Below, piece by piece: positions 1 through 23,733 of a stretch of 64,000 nt of DNA. The DNA comes from the human T2T-CHM13v2.0 reference genome, Homo sapiens. Made by a program: the position numbers and the translations under genes. The DNA is taken from the NCBI RefSeq assembly GCF_009914755.1, contig NC_060927.1; one strand, given 5' to 3'. Every line of letters starts with the position of its first letter. The stretch's first letter is position 1. The notes under the pieces were generated by a model that saw only the letters and a program-made list of their open reading frames with translations, searched no databases and was not told the DNA's origin.

Positions 1-797
1 GCAATATTCTCTTCTAGTGCTGATGCCACACTCCTGTCTCCTATTTAACCTCTTCAGTAGTTTCCCATTACTCTTAGTTTACTTCAAAATAACACTGACA
101 TTATTTAGGGAATACTACTCTATTACAGAGAAAAGTAGGGGCTCAAAGCAGCTATGTGACTTCCCCATAATCATATAGCTAATATTGGCCAATTCAGTCC
201 TTTAGCCAGAGGACGGGTACAGTGATGCCTGTAAATACACTATGACACCTCCTCTAGTTTCTCATAGAGCCAGGACTACCCAAGCCTAATCTTGAAACTC
301 ATTTGGTACCAAGGCCACTGGGAGTAGATATTTCCTACTCTGAAAGAAAGTAACCAATTGGTCACTTTACTTTATGACTTTATCCACATTACCGCCTTCA
401 CTTTCTTTTCACCTTTGCTTTTAAAAAAAAACTTATTTTTAATTTTTAATTATCTTTTCTCTAATATTATTATTCTCCATGCCATTTTTATTTATTTATT
501 TTTACCATTTTTATCTTGTCCAGCTATAGCACTTCTCATCTTTCCTACCAAAGAAATATTTTCCTTTGGACTAAGAGGAGAAAATTTTACTTCTTTTTAC
601 TCTCATCCAAATGCACATAAAAGCACAATCACATGAAAGAAAACTAACAATCTATTTGCAAAGAAGAGGAGGTTTCAAGATGGAGATTTCTTACATCCAG
701 GAATGAAGATTTGTGGTAAAAGAGAAACATAAGGGAGACCTAGAAAGACTCTGAAAAGCGACTGTGAGAAAAGTAATTCTATTAGAATGAAACTTAC

Positions 798-830
798 CTT
801 CTTGCTGCTATCCAAATTTGCATCTGACAT
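798..830 (-). CDS. DPPA2: DPPA2 first coding exon, coding part (MSDANLDSSKK). The exon spans 843-798 including 13 nt of 5'UTR. The rest of the gene lies beyond position 1.
   Basis: Minus strand reads ctgtccttgccttccccag|GGTGTTGCTGAAA ATG TCA GAT GCA AAT TTG GAT AGC AGC AAG AAG|gtaagt. The peptide matches the N-terminus of human DPPA2 as I recall it, and the paralogue DPPA4 is adjacent. Confidence 0.93.
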
Positions 831-2199
831 TTTCAGCAACACCCTGGGGAAGGCAAGGACAGCAATGTTAAGGATATGGTAGTTTACTTCTCTTAACCTG
901 CTTTCTCCTTTTATAAGCAAATGTTTCCTTCTACTTCCTGTTACCCAGATGAGCTCTTGTTTTCCTTTCCTCCTCTTTTTGCCCTCCCTCATTTTCTGGT
1001 AATGGGATAATTTTATCAATTTTATACCCTGTCTTGTCCATTCAGTGACAATGTTTTTTTAAAAATTAGGCTGGGTGCGATGGCTCATGCCTGTAATCCC
1101 AGCACTTTGGGAGGCCCAGGGGGGGCGGATCGATTGAGTCCAGGAGTTCGAGATCAGCCTGGGAAACATGGCGAGACCCCCATTTCTACAAAAAAACACA
1201 AAAATTAGGCGGGCGTTGTGGCGAGCGCCTGTAATCCCACCTACTCGGGAGGGGTTGGTGGGAGGACTGCTTGAGCCCAGGAGGCGCAGGTTACAGCGAT
1301 CCGAGATCGCACCACTGCACTCCAGCTTCGCGAGACTCTGTCTCAACAAGTGAAAGAAGGAAAGAAAGAAGAAAAAAAAATAGGTGAAACTTGAAAGAAA
1401 ACTGAAAATGACAAACACTTGTTGACAAGTTCCAATGGAATGAACAGAATGTTTTAGAACAGTTATAAGACGATATTGGTAACAAATTACTTATTACGAA
1501 GGGAATGGAAAAAAGATTCAGAGCATTTTACGCAGGTATTTTATACCTGATTTATGCACGGGGGTATGTTACTCACTGAAAGATTCCAGATTTAAATTGT
1601 GGGGGTTGGATAACATAATCTCTCTTCGATCTAGTTCTAAATACAAATATTAAGCCTGCAATAATATTGAGCTGGTTGGAGGAGAAGGATTTGGCTGTTC
1701 AGAATAGCAACAAGAGCCAAAACACCAAGGCAAGTGGTGGAGTAACGAAGGCAGAAGGAACGATGCACTTAGGAATTGCTGGAGCCTAATGTTGGACACG
1801 GAATGTGGCAAAATATGAAGCAGGTGTTCTCATAGGTCACTCTAAGAAGCCAGAGCAACTAAAGGAAATTTCATTCACCAATAATATGGCAGCACTGGAC
1901 AACCAAGTACCTTTACAATGGGCTTTTTCTGTCCCTGGGAAAATGATTTGGTCCATTAATCTCAGGACCCAGGGTGACCATGGTCCATTTAAGTTACTAG
2001 TGTATTTAACACATTCAAAATATTGTCTGGACCTGGCACGGTGGCTCATGTCTGTAATCCTTTGGGAGGCCTTTGGGAGGCCGAGGAAGGACGACCACTT
2101 GAGTCCAGAAGTTCGAGACCAGCCTGGGCAATATAGTGAGACCTCATCTCTATGAATAAATAAATAAATAAATAAATTTACAAAAGAAAAAAATGTAGT

Positions 2200-2770
<571 letters not shown>

Positions 2771-2809
2771 AAGCCTTAGCTAGATCAGGCCATAAACAAA
2801 GGGCTTTGG

Positions 2810-2990
2810 AGACAGGCAGTCCGCGGCAGATAATGATCGGAATTCCGGCTCCTCCCTTCCAGGGTGGAACCTGAATGCAGCCCTCTAAGATGCAGCCAGG
2901 AAAGCACTCCGCCTACCCGGTTGGGTGTGGCCCCTGGTGCTTTGAATGGGCAATTTAGAGGAAAGCTGACCTAATGGCCTGAGTTGATCC
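2810..2990 (-). promoter_or_regulatory. DPPA2 proximal promoter region
   Basis: Unique CpG-containing sequence just upstream of exon 1. It has a KLF-type GGGTGTGGC at 2924-2932 and a TCF/SOX-type CTTTGAA at 2940-2946. Confidence 0.55.
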
Positions 2991-3086
2991 TAATGCCTTA
3001 GGTAGGGACAGGATTTCGAGTGGGAAGACCATTTCATTACCATGTTTTCTTTTCTTCATTGCATTTTTTACAATATAATCATTTTA

Positions 3087-11702
<8,616 letters not shown>

Positions 11703-12429
11703 CTGTGGCTCTTCACATATGGCTATGTCTAAGTGTCATTCAAAGCAAGGTAGACTCAATTAGCCTGAGACAACAGGTGTAATCAGGACTAATTGTTTCC
11801 TCATTATTAGATTTACATTATATTTTTGGCAATGATATTGTGTACTTCCCATTGTTTATCAGAAAAGACATTTTAGTTTGTAACATTCCTGGTGGTGCTA
11901 AGTTGGAATCCTTGGTTAAGGTGGCTGTAGCCAAATTCCAATTTTTACGTCAGTAAGCCCCATCGTGCCAAAATGTAGAAATTTTATTTCCATCAACAAT
12001 ATGTTCAGAAGCCCTGACCAACGTTTACCCTTGGAAGCTGCCATGTCCCTTTGGGGCCAAGAGAAATTTGCAAGGCTGGCTCCAGGTTTCCCACACCAGA
12101 TACAATGTGGGCACAGACCTATTTGTACAAGTTATCTTAACATCCAGATGGGAAATTGGGAATATAAATCTCTTCTCTCAGCTCCCCCCAAAACAGCAAG
12201 ATGTCATGCCTCTGCCAGGGAACTCATCTGAGACACAGGGAGTTTATAGCTCCAACTGTCTTCCTCTTAGCATTCTGGGAGCATAGCAGGGAGACAGGGA
12301 GTGGGGGACTGAATGTGATTGATAGGAACTTTGGGGGAGGCCTGTGAAAATTAGGGTGATTTGGCAAGTATGTAACCTTAAGGTTTTATCTTGCTGGGGC
12401 AGGAAGATGAGTAAATAAACTGTCTTACT

Positions 12430-14275
12430 GGTAGACTCCAATTATTAATTTATTTTGTATATAGAGAAATTTAAGTTTATTGAAATGTGTTAGAAGCAGG
12501 GGAAGTATCTACAAGCAGAATCGTAAAGCCAAGGACATTTCCAAATTAATAGAAAGGAAGGAAACAGAACAGAAACTTGACCCATCCAAATAAAGCAGGG
12601 GAGAAGTTTAAAAAGGAAACAAAAGGAACAATACACATAGTATAAGAAAAAATGTCTATTATTTATTACACAATAATTCTGACCACCAACAACCAACGGC
12701 GGGGGCGGGCAGGAGAGAAGAACATCTTGCTTCTCAACAAACTTTCCTCCCTTGCTTTAACATTTTTGAGGATTCTTTCCCAAACCTATTACACCTGTAT
12801 TATGATGGTTACAAATTTTCCAACTCTTCCACTCCTTCCAGTGCATTATTTTTAGTATCTTCATTAAACGGGCAAAAAAAAAGATCCCCTACTTGTAATA
12901 ACAAAACAATGTTGGAAACTGTCATTAAATCAGGATAAGTGAAAAACAGATCTGTTCCCAGACTCGCAGGACTATAAGTTTAGGAAGTACACAAAAAAAT
13001 TAAAAATTAATTACACAATAGGATACATTAAATATGTGCAGCTTTTTGTATGTGAATCATACCTAAGTAGTTTTAAAAACAAATGATCCAACCCATACCA
13101 CCAACTAATAAAGAACAAACGAGTCATACAAAAGAAAAATCACACTTTTTGGTTTACTCCTACTTGAGTTAAGAACACTAACAATAAAATTTGCATGCAA
13201 TGAATATGGTTCTCTAAATACAACAGATGAATTATTTTACATACACATCTTATTTTTATTTATGGAGAATCGGTTAATAAACACATTTTAAATTCAATAT
13301 ATTATGTATTTATGAGCGGGAAGCAACCTTAAACATTTTAAACTCCAGAAATATACAAAACAATTATAAGTGAAATAATACAAAGTCCCTTGTGTTTTGA
13401 TCCTGGAGTCAAACCATAGAAATCTCAGGTTATTAAGAGAACTTTGAAAAATATTGTTTAGAATATTAAAAATCATGTGTTTGGGGGAGGGAGGGAATTA
13501 ACAGCCTTTCTTTGCCTTAAAATACTTTACGTTTTATGAAATTGCAATTGGAATGAAGCAGCTCCTAAAGTAGTCAGTGTTCAGAGGAAGAGAAAATTGA
13601 GCACAAGAGCCAACTACCATTTTACTCAAGTCCATCACAATGCTTAGCTGAAGAACTCACTTAAAAGAGCTGTTGAAGGTCAGGCGCAGGGGCTCATGCC
13701 CATAGTCCCAGCATTTTGGGAGGCTGAGGAGGGTGATCACTTGAGTCCAGGAGTTTGAGACCAACCTGGCCAACATGGTGAAACCCCATCTCTACTAAAA
13801 ATACAAAAAATTAGCTGGGTGTGGTGGCAGGTGCCTGTACCTAGCTACTCAGGAGGCTGAGGCAGGAGAATCATTTGAACCCAGGAGGCGGAGATTGCAC
13901 TGAACTGAGATTGCACCACTGCACTCCAGCCTGGGCAACAGTGAGACACTGTCTCAAAATACAACAAAAAAAAGCTGCTGCTGAAGTCATGTCTATTTTA
14001 GAAAAGTAGTATGAATGAGTTTTTCTACATATTAACTACAATTTATGGTAATTTGTGAAATGTTTTTCCATTTTTAAATGTAAGAGTCTCTATCTCCACT
14101 CACAAAGCAACAGGCACTGCTAGGGGTCTTAGGCTAACATCTGCCACCCCACCAGTCTGCATGGCCCATAAACAGGTGCAGAGGACCAGAGTTCACCTGT
14201 CAGCAGCACCGCAGAATCCAACTCTCCAGCTTTTCTGCCATTAATTACCATAGATGTGGCCTTTTTCCTGATATT
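12430..14275 (-). other. DPPA4: DPPA4 3'UTR (~1.8 kb), containing an Alu (13678-13975) antisense to the mRNA
   Basis: Follows the TAG at 14276-14278. AT-rich, and ends near two minus-strand AATAAA hexamers. Confidence 0.75.
12449..12481 (-). terminator. Candidate DPPA4 polyadenylation signals (AATAAA at 12481-12476 and 12454-12449)
   Basis: Two TTTATT on the plus strand where the unique 3'UTR-like sequence ends. Confidence 0.65.
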
Positions 14276-14312
14276 CTATTCCCATTGGAGGCTTTTTATT
14301 AAGACCTTGTTC
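14276..14312 (-). CDS. DPPA4: DPPA4 exon 7 coding part ((R)NKVLIKSLQWE*)
   Basis: ttgctttatag|G AAC AAG GTC TTA ATA AAA AGC CTC CAA TGG GAA TAG. The phase fits exon 6, and this exon completes 304 aa. Confidence 0.95.
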
Positions 14313-15177
14313 CTATAAAGCAAATAAAGTATTTGTTTTTAAAAAGAATGAAGAAATATTAAAAATAGCCAAGAAACCCGCTGCTGGAATGCTGTTGAAA
14401 TTGCCCTTACAACTTTAGGATCATAGGTAGCAAGCCTGTGATCCTGTCATTCAAGAATGAAGATCATCAGCCAAGTTATCATGCCTCTGTAATATATTCC
14501 CTGACTTGTGCCAACCATGGACAGGAGGCCTTGGAGGGGCTCTTTTCATCACTTTCCCAAAAACCTAAGTATGTCATTAAAGGACTACCCAAAGTGACCT
14601 CCTCAGTTCTCTTCAACTTGCTTGGCATAGAGAGATTATCAAAACACTCACAGCAAAAAGTAGGATATCCCAAAGAAGGAAAAGCCAATCACACATTCAC
14701 ATACTTCCTCCTGTGGGAGATGGTCTTGCTACGTTTCCCAGGCTGAGAAATTACCGATCTCTCCTTTCCATCTAGTCGATTCTTCCCTTAACTTAAGGAA
14801 CCTCTTCTTTGATATTCATCATGTTATTCTAGGTGTTTACATGCCCACCATCCCTGTTAAGACTGTAGGCTACTTAAAGGAAGAGGTTTTTTGCTAGTCA
14901 TTATTTCTGTGTAGAGCATACACTTTGAATATAGTAATTATATAATGTTTGTTGCTCCCAGAATTCTGTGTCTCCAGGTAGAAGCATTAAACCCTGACAC
15001 ATAAATGCTTTCTTTTTCCTGGGGATAAACTTAACTGAGTAATAATTTTCTTGAAACTCTTTACTGACAATTTGAGCTTGAAATACCTGGCTATTTAAGA
15101 TTAATGTATATCTTAACTTTCTGCAATTGAAAATCCGGCACCCACTTTTAGTTTGTAGAAAAGCATCAGGTAATTAC

Positions 15178-15376
15178 CTGTGAACACATTTGGGGCACAA
15201 CATATTGTCTTCAAGGTGCGGGGGTGGAAAATTGGAGGCAGGAAGCAAGAAGAGTGCACTCACTCTCCCTTCTTGCTTTTCTGGAACCCAGGCTTGACCA
15301 GCATGAAACTGCAGGTGAACCCAACCATCTGTGTCTGCAGGGAGACTTTTCCCATGGACCACACACCACCTGACAC
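15178..15376 (-). CDS. DPPA4: DPPA4 exon 6 ([32 protein letters not shown]...[11 protein letters not shown]), the Dppa2/4 conserved C-terminal region
   Basis: Within ORF 15174..15443. Acceptor ttgccag|GT, donor CACAG|gtaatt, 199 nt, phase 1 to phase 2. Confidence 0.97.
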
Positions 15377-16230
15377 CTGGCAATGGCAAAGGAAAGAGAC
15401 AGGTACCCGCACACCAGGATGACATACTGATGTAAGACTGCATTATGGCCCATCACCCTTGATTGACCAGCTCCAAGATGTGAACCCTGAAATCCTAACT
15501 TAACCTCTTCTCTATTCTGTTCTCCTTTAGAAAAGCATACAAGCTGGGCGCAGTGGCTCACGCTTGTAATCCCAGCACTTTGGGAGGCCGAGGCGGGTGG
15601 ATCACGAGGTCAGGAGATCGAGACCATCCTGGCTAACACAGTGAAACCCCGTTTCTACTAAAAATACAAAAAATTAGCCAGGCGTGGTGGCGGGGGCCTG
15701 TAGTCCCAGCTACTCAGGAGGCTGAGGCAGGAGAATGGCGTGAACCCGGGAGGCGGTGCTTGCAGTGAGCCAAGATTGCACCACTGCACTCCAGCCTGGG
15801 TGACAGAGCGAGACTCCATATCAAAAGCAAAACAAAACAAAAAGCATACAAGACAGTTCCTGTTAAAACTTAAAAATCTAGTTGGAAGTAGTATAGTTGT
15901 AGGTGGGCAGATGGTAGAAAGACTAACCCAGAGTGTCTGGAAAGGGCTTCATGAAATAAGCTCAGGGGTCTCAGCTCTTAACACACATTGGATTATGCTA
16001 AGCAGTTTGTCTTCTTTTGTTGTACTTTCTGTAATTCTTCCAACATATAAGGTAGGTATTACCCATTTTACAATGAAAACGCTGGGAAATATTTTAAATA
16101 ACTTATTAATGCCATTCTGGGGCTCAGTTGCAGGCAATTAATTTTAGACCTTGCCTTTAATTTAAATTGCTTAAAGGGTAAAGAAAGAAAACCAGACTGC
16201 TATCCCCTTCTGATGCCATCAATAATTTAG

Positions 16231-16715
16231 AGCAGTGGTTCTCAAACTGTGGTCCCCAGACCAGCATCCTTAGTACTGCCTGGGAAACTGTTAGAGATGC
16301 AAACTCTTGCCAGGTACGGTGGCTCACGCCTGTAATCCCAGCACTTTGGGAGGCCAAGGTGGGAGGATCATCTGAGGTCGGGAGTTCGAGACCAGCCTGA
16401 CCAACATGGAGAAACCCCATCTCTACTAAAAAGACAACATTAGCCGGGCATGGTGGCACATGCCTGTAATCCCAGCTACTCAGGAAGGCTGAGGCAGGAG
16501 AATTGCTTGAACCTGGGAGGTGGAGGTTGCGGTGAGCTGAGATCGCGCCACTGCACTCTAGCCTGGGCAACAAGGGAGAAACTGTCTCAAAAAAAAAAAG
16601 GAAAAAAAAAAAAGAAATGCAAATAAATGCTCAGGTCCTGCCCTAGACCTGCACCAGAAACTCTGTGGGCAGGGTCCAGGAATCACCGGCCCTCAAAGGG
16701 ATTTTGATATACCCT
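16231..16715. mobile_element. MER5A interrupted by an AluS (~16309-16615, plus strand) in DPPA4 intron 5
   Basis: cagtggttctcaaactgtggtccccagaccagca...gttagagatgcaaa [Alu] agaaatgcaaa..., with a degenerate TSD aga(g/a)atgcaaa. Confidence 0.75.
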
Positions 16716-16791
16716 AAAATGTACCAGTGATTAATATCTACTAAGCTTATTTCCCCATTGGACCAGAATAAGCTCTTCATGTTGCGCTTAC

Positions 16792-17080
16792 CAGAGGCCT
16801 CTTGTGGAGATTCCACTGCCTCTGGTGTCCTCGCCCTGGCTGAAATTCTCGCCCAGGAGGCCAGCAAAGCCTCTGGGGCAGAAGTTGTCACCACAACTGT
16901 ATTAACTCCCTCAAGGAGAGCAGTGGAATTTTCCAGGGCAGGCGGCTCCCCCACAGGAGGAAGAGCCACTTCAGGAGGATGTGTCTCAGAACTTTGCAGG
17001 GACGTTTCCCCCTTTTCCACCTTTAATTTTTTTTGCAATGATTTCCGGATTTTGGCCTCTTTTGCTGTGCTAGGAAAATC
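16792..17080 (-). CDS. DPPA4: DPPA4 exon 5 (DFPSTAKEAKIRKSLQKK...LLASWARISARARTPEAVESPQEAS)
   Basis: Overlaps ORF 16643..17038. Acceptor tttttgtag|GAT, donor TCTG|gtaagc, 289 nt. Confidence 0.97.
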
Positions 17081-17534
17081 CTACAAAAAGGGTTAAATAA
17101 TAAAGATAAAAATACAGATTAAAATTCTAACAAAAATGGCCTAAGGAGCTCTTGATCAAATACAAAGTTTCACTTAGGAGGACTAGGTTCAAGAGATCTA
17201 TTGTACAAGTTGGTAACTATACATAGTTAATAACAATGTACTGTCTTCTTGAAAATTGCTCAGTTGGCCACCCAGTGGCTCAGGTCTGTAATCCCAGCAC
17301 TTTGGGAGGCCAAGGTGGGTGAAACACTTGAGGTCAGGAGTTCGAGACCAGCCTGGCCAACATGGTGAAATCCCGTCTCTACTAAAAATACAAAAATTAT
17401 CCAGGCATGGTGGCTCATGCTTGTAATCTCAGCTACTCCAGGGGCTGAGACAGGGGCATCACTTGAACCAGGGAGGCAGAGGTTGCAGCCTGAACTGCAG
17501 CCTAAGTGACAGAGGGAGACTCTGTCTCAAAAAA

Positions 17535-17567
<33 letters not shown>

Positions 17568-17629
17568 GAAAAGAAATGAAAAGAAAAAAATAGAAAAAAA
17601 GAAAATTGCTGGCCAGGCACAGTGGTTCA

Positions 17630-17962
<333 letters not shown>

Positions 17963-18002
17963 TTAGGATAAGCATTGAAACGTCCATCCTTTAAAAAGTT
18001 AC

Positions 18003-18053
18003 CTTTTGATTTGGGTAGGCAAAGGCACACAGGCGCTTATATGCATCCAATTT
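18003..18053 (-). CDS. DPPA4: DPPA4 exon 4 ([17 protein letters not shown]), second half of the SAP-like domain
   Basis: Acceptor gtcttag|AAA, donor AAG|gtaact, 51 nt. Separated from exon 3 by an 86-nt intron. Confidence 0.95.
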
Positions 18054-18139
18054 CTAAGACAATAGAAAACTGAGTTAGTAAGGCAAATAAGGTTCCTACC
18101 CTTCCTCCCAGCAGCACCGTCCCCAGCCTGGGACCTCAC

Positions 18140-18494
<355 letters not shown>

Positions 18495-19174
18495 TGAGTA
18501 GCTGGGATTACAGACGCCCACCACCACGCCCGGCTAATTTTTTGTATTTTTAGTGGAGATGGGGTTTCACCATGTTGGCCAAGCTGGTCTCGAACTCCTG
18601 ACCTTGTGATCTGCCCACCTAGGCCTCCCAAAGTTCTGAGATTACAGGCCTAAGCCACCGCGCCCAGCCTAAAATCACTTTTAGTTAATAGTCCAATCCC
18701 TCTCAAACCTAGGATTTACCACTTCTAAAACCCAGTTTTATTCCTAAATTGCCCCACTACTGAGGTACACTTGCTCCTTTGTGAGCTCCTTAATCCACAG
18801 AATCCAGGTGGTGGCATCGGAGGTTGCACTTCCATCCCAGGGGAATTACCGCTGTCTTAGACTTGAGATCATACTCAGTGGTGTCCTCTACCCCCAGAGC
18901 AAAATCAACACCTGACAATGCTACACAGGCAACCACTAATACCCTTAATTCTGCCAGCCCACCCTAGGTCAGGGAAGCACTCTGGTTTCATAGCAGGTAT
19001 GTTTCCTTAGCTCTGCTGTGTTTCTGTTCATCCCGCTTCTGCACCTCACATACCTTGTCTTCATTCAGTAAAGATTTCTGGCTGGGCGCAGTGGCTCACA
19101 CTGTAATCCCAGCACTTTGGGAGGCCGAGGTGGGTGGATAACCTGAGGTCAGGAGTTGGAGATCAGCATGGTCA

Positions 19175-19324
<150 letters not shown>

Positions 19325-19617
19325 CTAAGGCTGGGCATGGTGCCTCACACCTGTAACCCCAGCACTTTAGGAGGCCAAGGCAGACGATCACTTGAGGCCA
19401 AGAGTTTGCAATCAGCCTGGCCAATATGGTGAAACCCTGTCTCTACTAAAAATACAAAAATCAGCCAGGCATGGTGGCACACGCCTGCAATCCTAGCTAA
19501 CTTGGGAGGCTGAGACAGGAGAATTGCTTGAACTCGGGAGGCACAGGTTGCAGGGAGCTGAGATGGTGCCACCACACTCCAGCCTGGATGACAGAGCAAC
19601 ACCCTGTCTTGGTGTCT

Positions 19618-19651
<34 letters not shown>

Positions 19652-20139
19652 AGCCTGTAATGACACTAATAGTAGGGTTTACTCTGTACATATTACTTCT
19701 CAGGCATAGTCTAAGTGCTTCACTTAACTACTCTATGTAAATTTTAACACTCCATTCCCACCGCTTAATAAAGGTAGATATTGTCCTAACTTATTTTTAG
19801 AATAGGAAGTCCGGTTTCAAGAATGGATCTTCAAATTTACAGCTGTCTGTTCCCAAATCATTGCACACTGAAATCCTTAACTCCAAGTAGCAAGTGAAGG
19901 AAAAAATGATCAGCAGAACCAAATATGCTGTGGAAGTCTGAAGATAGGAAGGGATCAGTTAGAGCAGTGGTGACCAAAAGATGCTTCAGGAAGGTAACAG
20001 TTTAAGCTTGGCTTCCATGAAGTGCAGGATTTGCACAATACATGATGGAAATTTCTTCCCTGGTTTTTCTTCTTCAGAAAAATTCCTCTGGCTTCTAAGA
20101 CCCGAGAAGGTGGGATTTGAGAATTTGAAGACCTCTTAC

Positions 20140-20263
20140 CTTTACTGCCTTTGATAGACATTTTTTCTTTGGTTCTCTTTGCTGATGTTCCTGGCAAAGC
20201 AATTGAATTTGGTTGATTAGAAGCCTGCTGATCCTCTTCCCTCGACTTCTCTGTGGAGGTCCA
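20140..20263 (-). CDS. DPPA4: DPPA4 exon 2 (WTSTEKSREEDQQASNQPNSIALPGTSAKRTKEKMSIKGSK)
   Basis: Acceptor ctgttccccag|TGG, donor AAAG|gtaaga, 124 nt. Confidence 0.96.
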
Positions 20264-21883
20264 CTGGGGAACAGAGGAGCTGGTCAGTCATTCCTCTAGT
20301 GTCCAAACCACACATACACTACCTGCCTCAAGATAACTCACTTCTAAGGCACCAACGCAGTTACTGGACTCCACTGGCAGTGTGGATTCTCCTCTGGGTA
20401 TCATCTTAATACTCAGTTTCATTTACAAGACTGGGAAACAATGATGGAAAAAATGGGAGGAAGCCAGTTTGAAAGCACATGAAAAGACAGATACAAACAA
20501 GAGTAGAAGAAAACAGCTCTGCCTTGAGGGGAAAAAGCGCTTAGGTAGGCTCACGCCTGTAGTCTGAGTGCTATAGGAGGCCTAGGCAAGAGGATTGCTT
20601 GAGTCCAGTAACTGGATACCAGCCTGAGCAACAACATAGTGAAACCTTGCCTCTACATAAGGAAACAAAATTAGCTGAGCATGGTGGTGTGTGCGTGTAG
20701 TCCAGCTACTCGAGACTGAGATAGGAGGATTGCTTGAGCCAGGGAGGTAGGTAGAGGCTGCACCACTGCACTCCAGCCTGGGTGACAGAATGAGACTGTC
20801 TCAAAAAAAAAAAAGAGGCCCTTAACTCACTTACTATATTCCATCATCTCTCACCTGGCAGAATTTTTTCCCCCAGTCCTTCATTCTTGACGCCTTCCAA
20901 ATAATTTTCTAACACTGTTGGCAGAGTGACACTATGAAAAGTTTCAGTGGTTTATTGCTCTTAACATAAAAGTAATTGTCTTTAACATTACCTACCAGCC
21001 TCTTATCTCCTATTTCACACTGCTCTCCCTGACCAAGCTCCAGCCACATAATTCCTTTCCTTTCCAAAGTTGTTACATTCCTCAGCCCCAACCTCCACCC
21101 TACTTCTATTTACACTTTAAAATCTTACACCTTAAAAATCTTACTCTTCTTTTAAAAGTCTCACCTCAAGTGCTATTTAACCTGGTCCTTCCAGACCAAT
21201 CTACTAAATACTACCTCATTTCTACCACTTGTTAATTGCAATTACATTGGTTTGTGTGATTTCTTTTTCATCATAGGCACTCAATAAATATTGGTTCATT
21301 GAATTAAAGGAAGCAAAGTGGGAGTGGGGAAAAGTTGTTTAATCCAGAGACAGTAACATATATTGAGCCTCTGTCTCATACTAGGCATTGGCTTTGATAT
21401 GCTCCTCACTTTCATTTTTTTAAAAAATATTTATTTATTAAAGAAAAGGTCTTGCCCTGTCACACAGGCTGGAGTGCAGTGACAGGACCATAGCTCACTC
21501 CAAGCTCTACCTCCCGGGTTCAAGTGATCTTTTGCCTCAGCCTCCTGAGCAGGTGGGACTACAGGATAATTTTTTGTAGAGGTGAGGTCTCCCTATGTCT
21601 CCCCCCACTGATCTCAATCTTCTAGCCTCAAGCAATCTTCCCGCCTTGGCTCCCCAAAGAGTTGGGATTAAAGGCGCGAGCCACTGCGCCCAAGGGTTCC
21701 CTATTTTCTTTTTCTCTGAGAGGAGTCTCGCTCTGTCACCCCGGCTGTAGTGCAGTGGTCCAATCTCGGCTCACTGCAACTTCCATCTCCCCGGTTTAAG
21801 CAATTCTCTGCCTCAGCCTCCCCACTAGCTGGAATTACAGGCGCCTGCCACCACACCCGGCTGAATTTTTCTATTTTTAGTAG

Positions 21884-22123
<240 letters not shown>

Positions 22124-23159
22124 TAAAATTTAAATATAAAGGCTAGGCTCCGTGGCTCACGCCTGTAATCCCGGCACTTTGGGAGGCCGAGGTGGGCTGA
22201 CCGATTGAGGTCAGGAGTTCGAGACCAGCCTGGCTAACATATCGAAACTCAGTCACTACCAAAAATACAAAAACTACCTGGGCGTGGTGGTGCGTGCCTG
22301 CAATCCCAGCTAATCGAGAGGCTGAGTCAGGAGAATCGCTTGAACCCGGGAAGCAGAGGCTGCAGTGAGCCGAGATCGGCTACTGCACACCACTCTGGGC
22401 GACAGAGTCAAACTCATTAAAAAAAAAAAATTAATATAATAAAATTTCTCCTAAATCTAAATCCTTTTCTTCACTTTCAGGGTGGATTACTGGACAAATT
22501 AACATTTGTATGGCATTTTTACATCTCTATAGCAGTTCTACATTTTGATTTGAAATTTATATTTGCATAAACCTTACAAAAAGTACTCACTTTGGACCTC
22601 ACAAAAGACTTAAAACCGAGACAGTTAAAAATGACCCAGTTCAAGTCAAGAGGACCTGAGAGCGCTCGGATATGGCCGTTCAGTGCCTGTGCAACGTCTT
22701 AAATCCTCTCTTCCTTCAGTTTCTGTCTGCATTGTTCCCAATGTCTGGCTTCTGATTACTCCTAGGTCCTAAGGACGCTGGGAAAAGGGGACGAATTCAT
22801 TCTCAGCACCCTCGGTTTAGGATCTGTGTCCGTCTAAAGGAAATTAAGGGGTTTCATTCTTTTCCAAACTCAGCTCAATTACCTCTTCCTAAAATCTTTC
22901 CTTTAACACCCTTTTCTCCTGTTACCATTTCCCTCTAGCCCCCATATTCAGTTAGTTCTTTCTGACAGGACTAAGCACCTCTTCAAAACAGAAAACCCGG
23001 GCCGGGAGCAGCGGCGGGCGCCTGCAGTCCCAGTAGCACTTTGGTAAGCCGAGGTGGGAGGATCGTTTGAGCCTGGGCGGTTACAGTGAATAGTGATGGT
23101 GCCACTGCACTCCAGCCAGGGAGACAAAAGTGAAACCCTGTTCCAAAACACAAACCTGA

Positions 23160-23348
<189 letters not shown>

Positions 23349-23733
23349 TAGTAGAGACGGGGTTTCTCCATTTTGGTCAGGCTGGTCTCGAACTCCCGAC
23401 CTCAGGTGATCCGCCCGCCTCGGCTGCCCAAAGTGCTGGGATTACAGGCGTGAGCCACCGCGCCCGGCCTCTTTTTTTTTTTTCCCCATCTTTTGACACA
23501 CTCAACCTCCTCAACTAAACCTAGAAAACCTCATTTCTTACTTGTCTGCTCACTCCAATATACCAGGCTGCAATCATATTCTTGGGCCTTACTCTTAAAA
23601 TAAAAAAAAAAAAAGTCAAGAGGAGAAAATTCGAAGGCACATTCTTTTCTCCTTAAAGGAAAAATCAGGAGTGCCCAGGGAAGACAGAAACACAAAGACA
23701 GACAGAAAACAAATCCACTAAAACTGTACTGAC

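Noticed and set aside
816-823. Perfect octamer ATGCAAAT in DPPA2 exon 2 (also isolated octamers at 22561, 41316 and 42125)
   Set aside because: Explained by the codons for Asp-Ala-Asn, or expected by chance in AT-rich DNA. No properly spaced SOX half-site.
675-1019. 114-aa ORF treated as a whole gene
   Set aside because: Only 798-830 is coding (DPPA2). The rest is intronic or UTR open frame.
16758-17096. 112-aa ORF antisense to DPPA4 exon 5
   Set aside because: A typical shadow ORF of a GC-richer coding exon, with no promoter or splice support.
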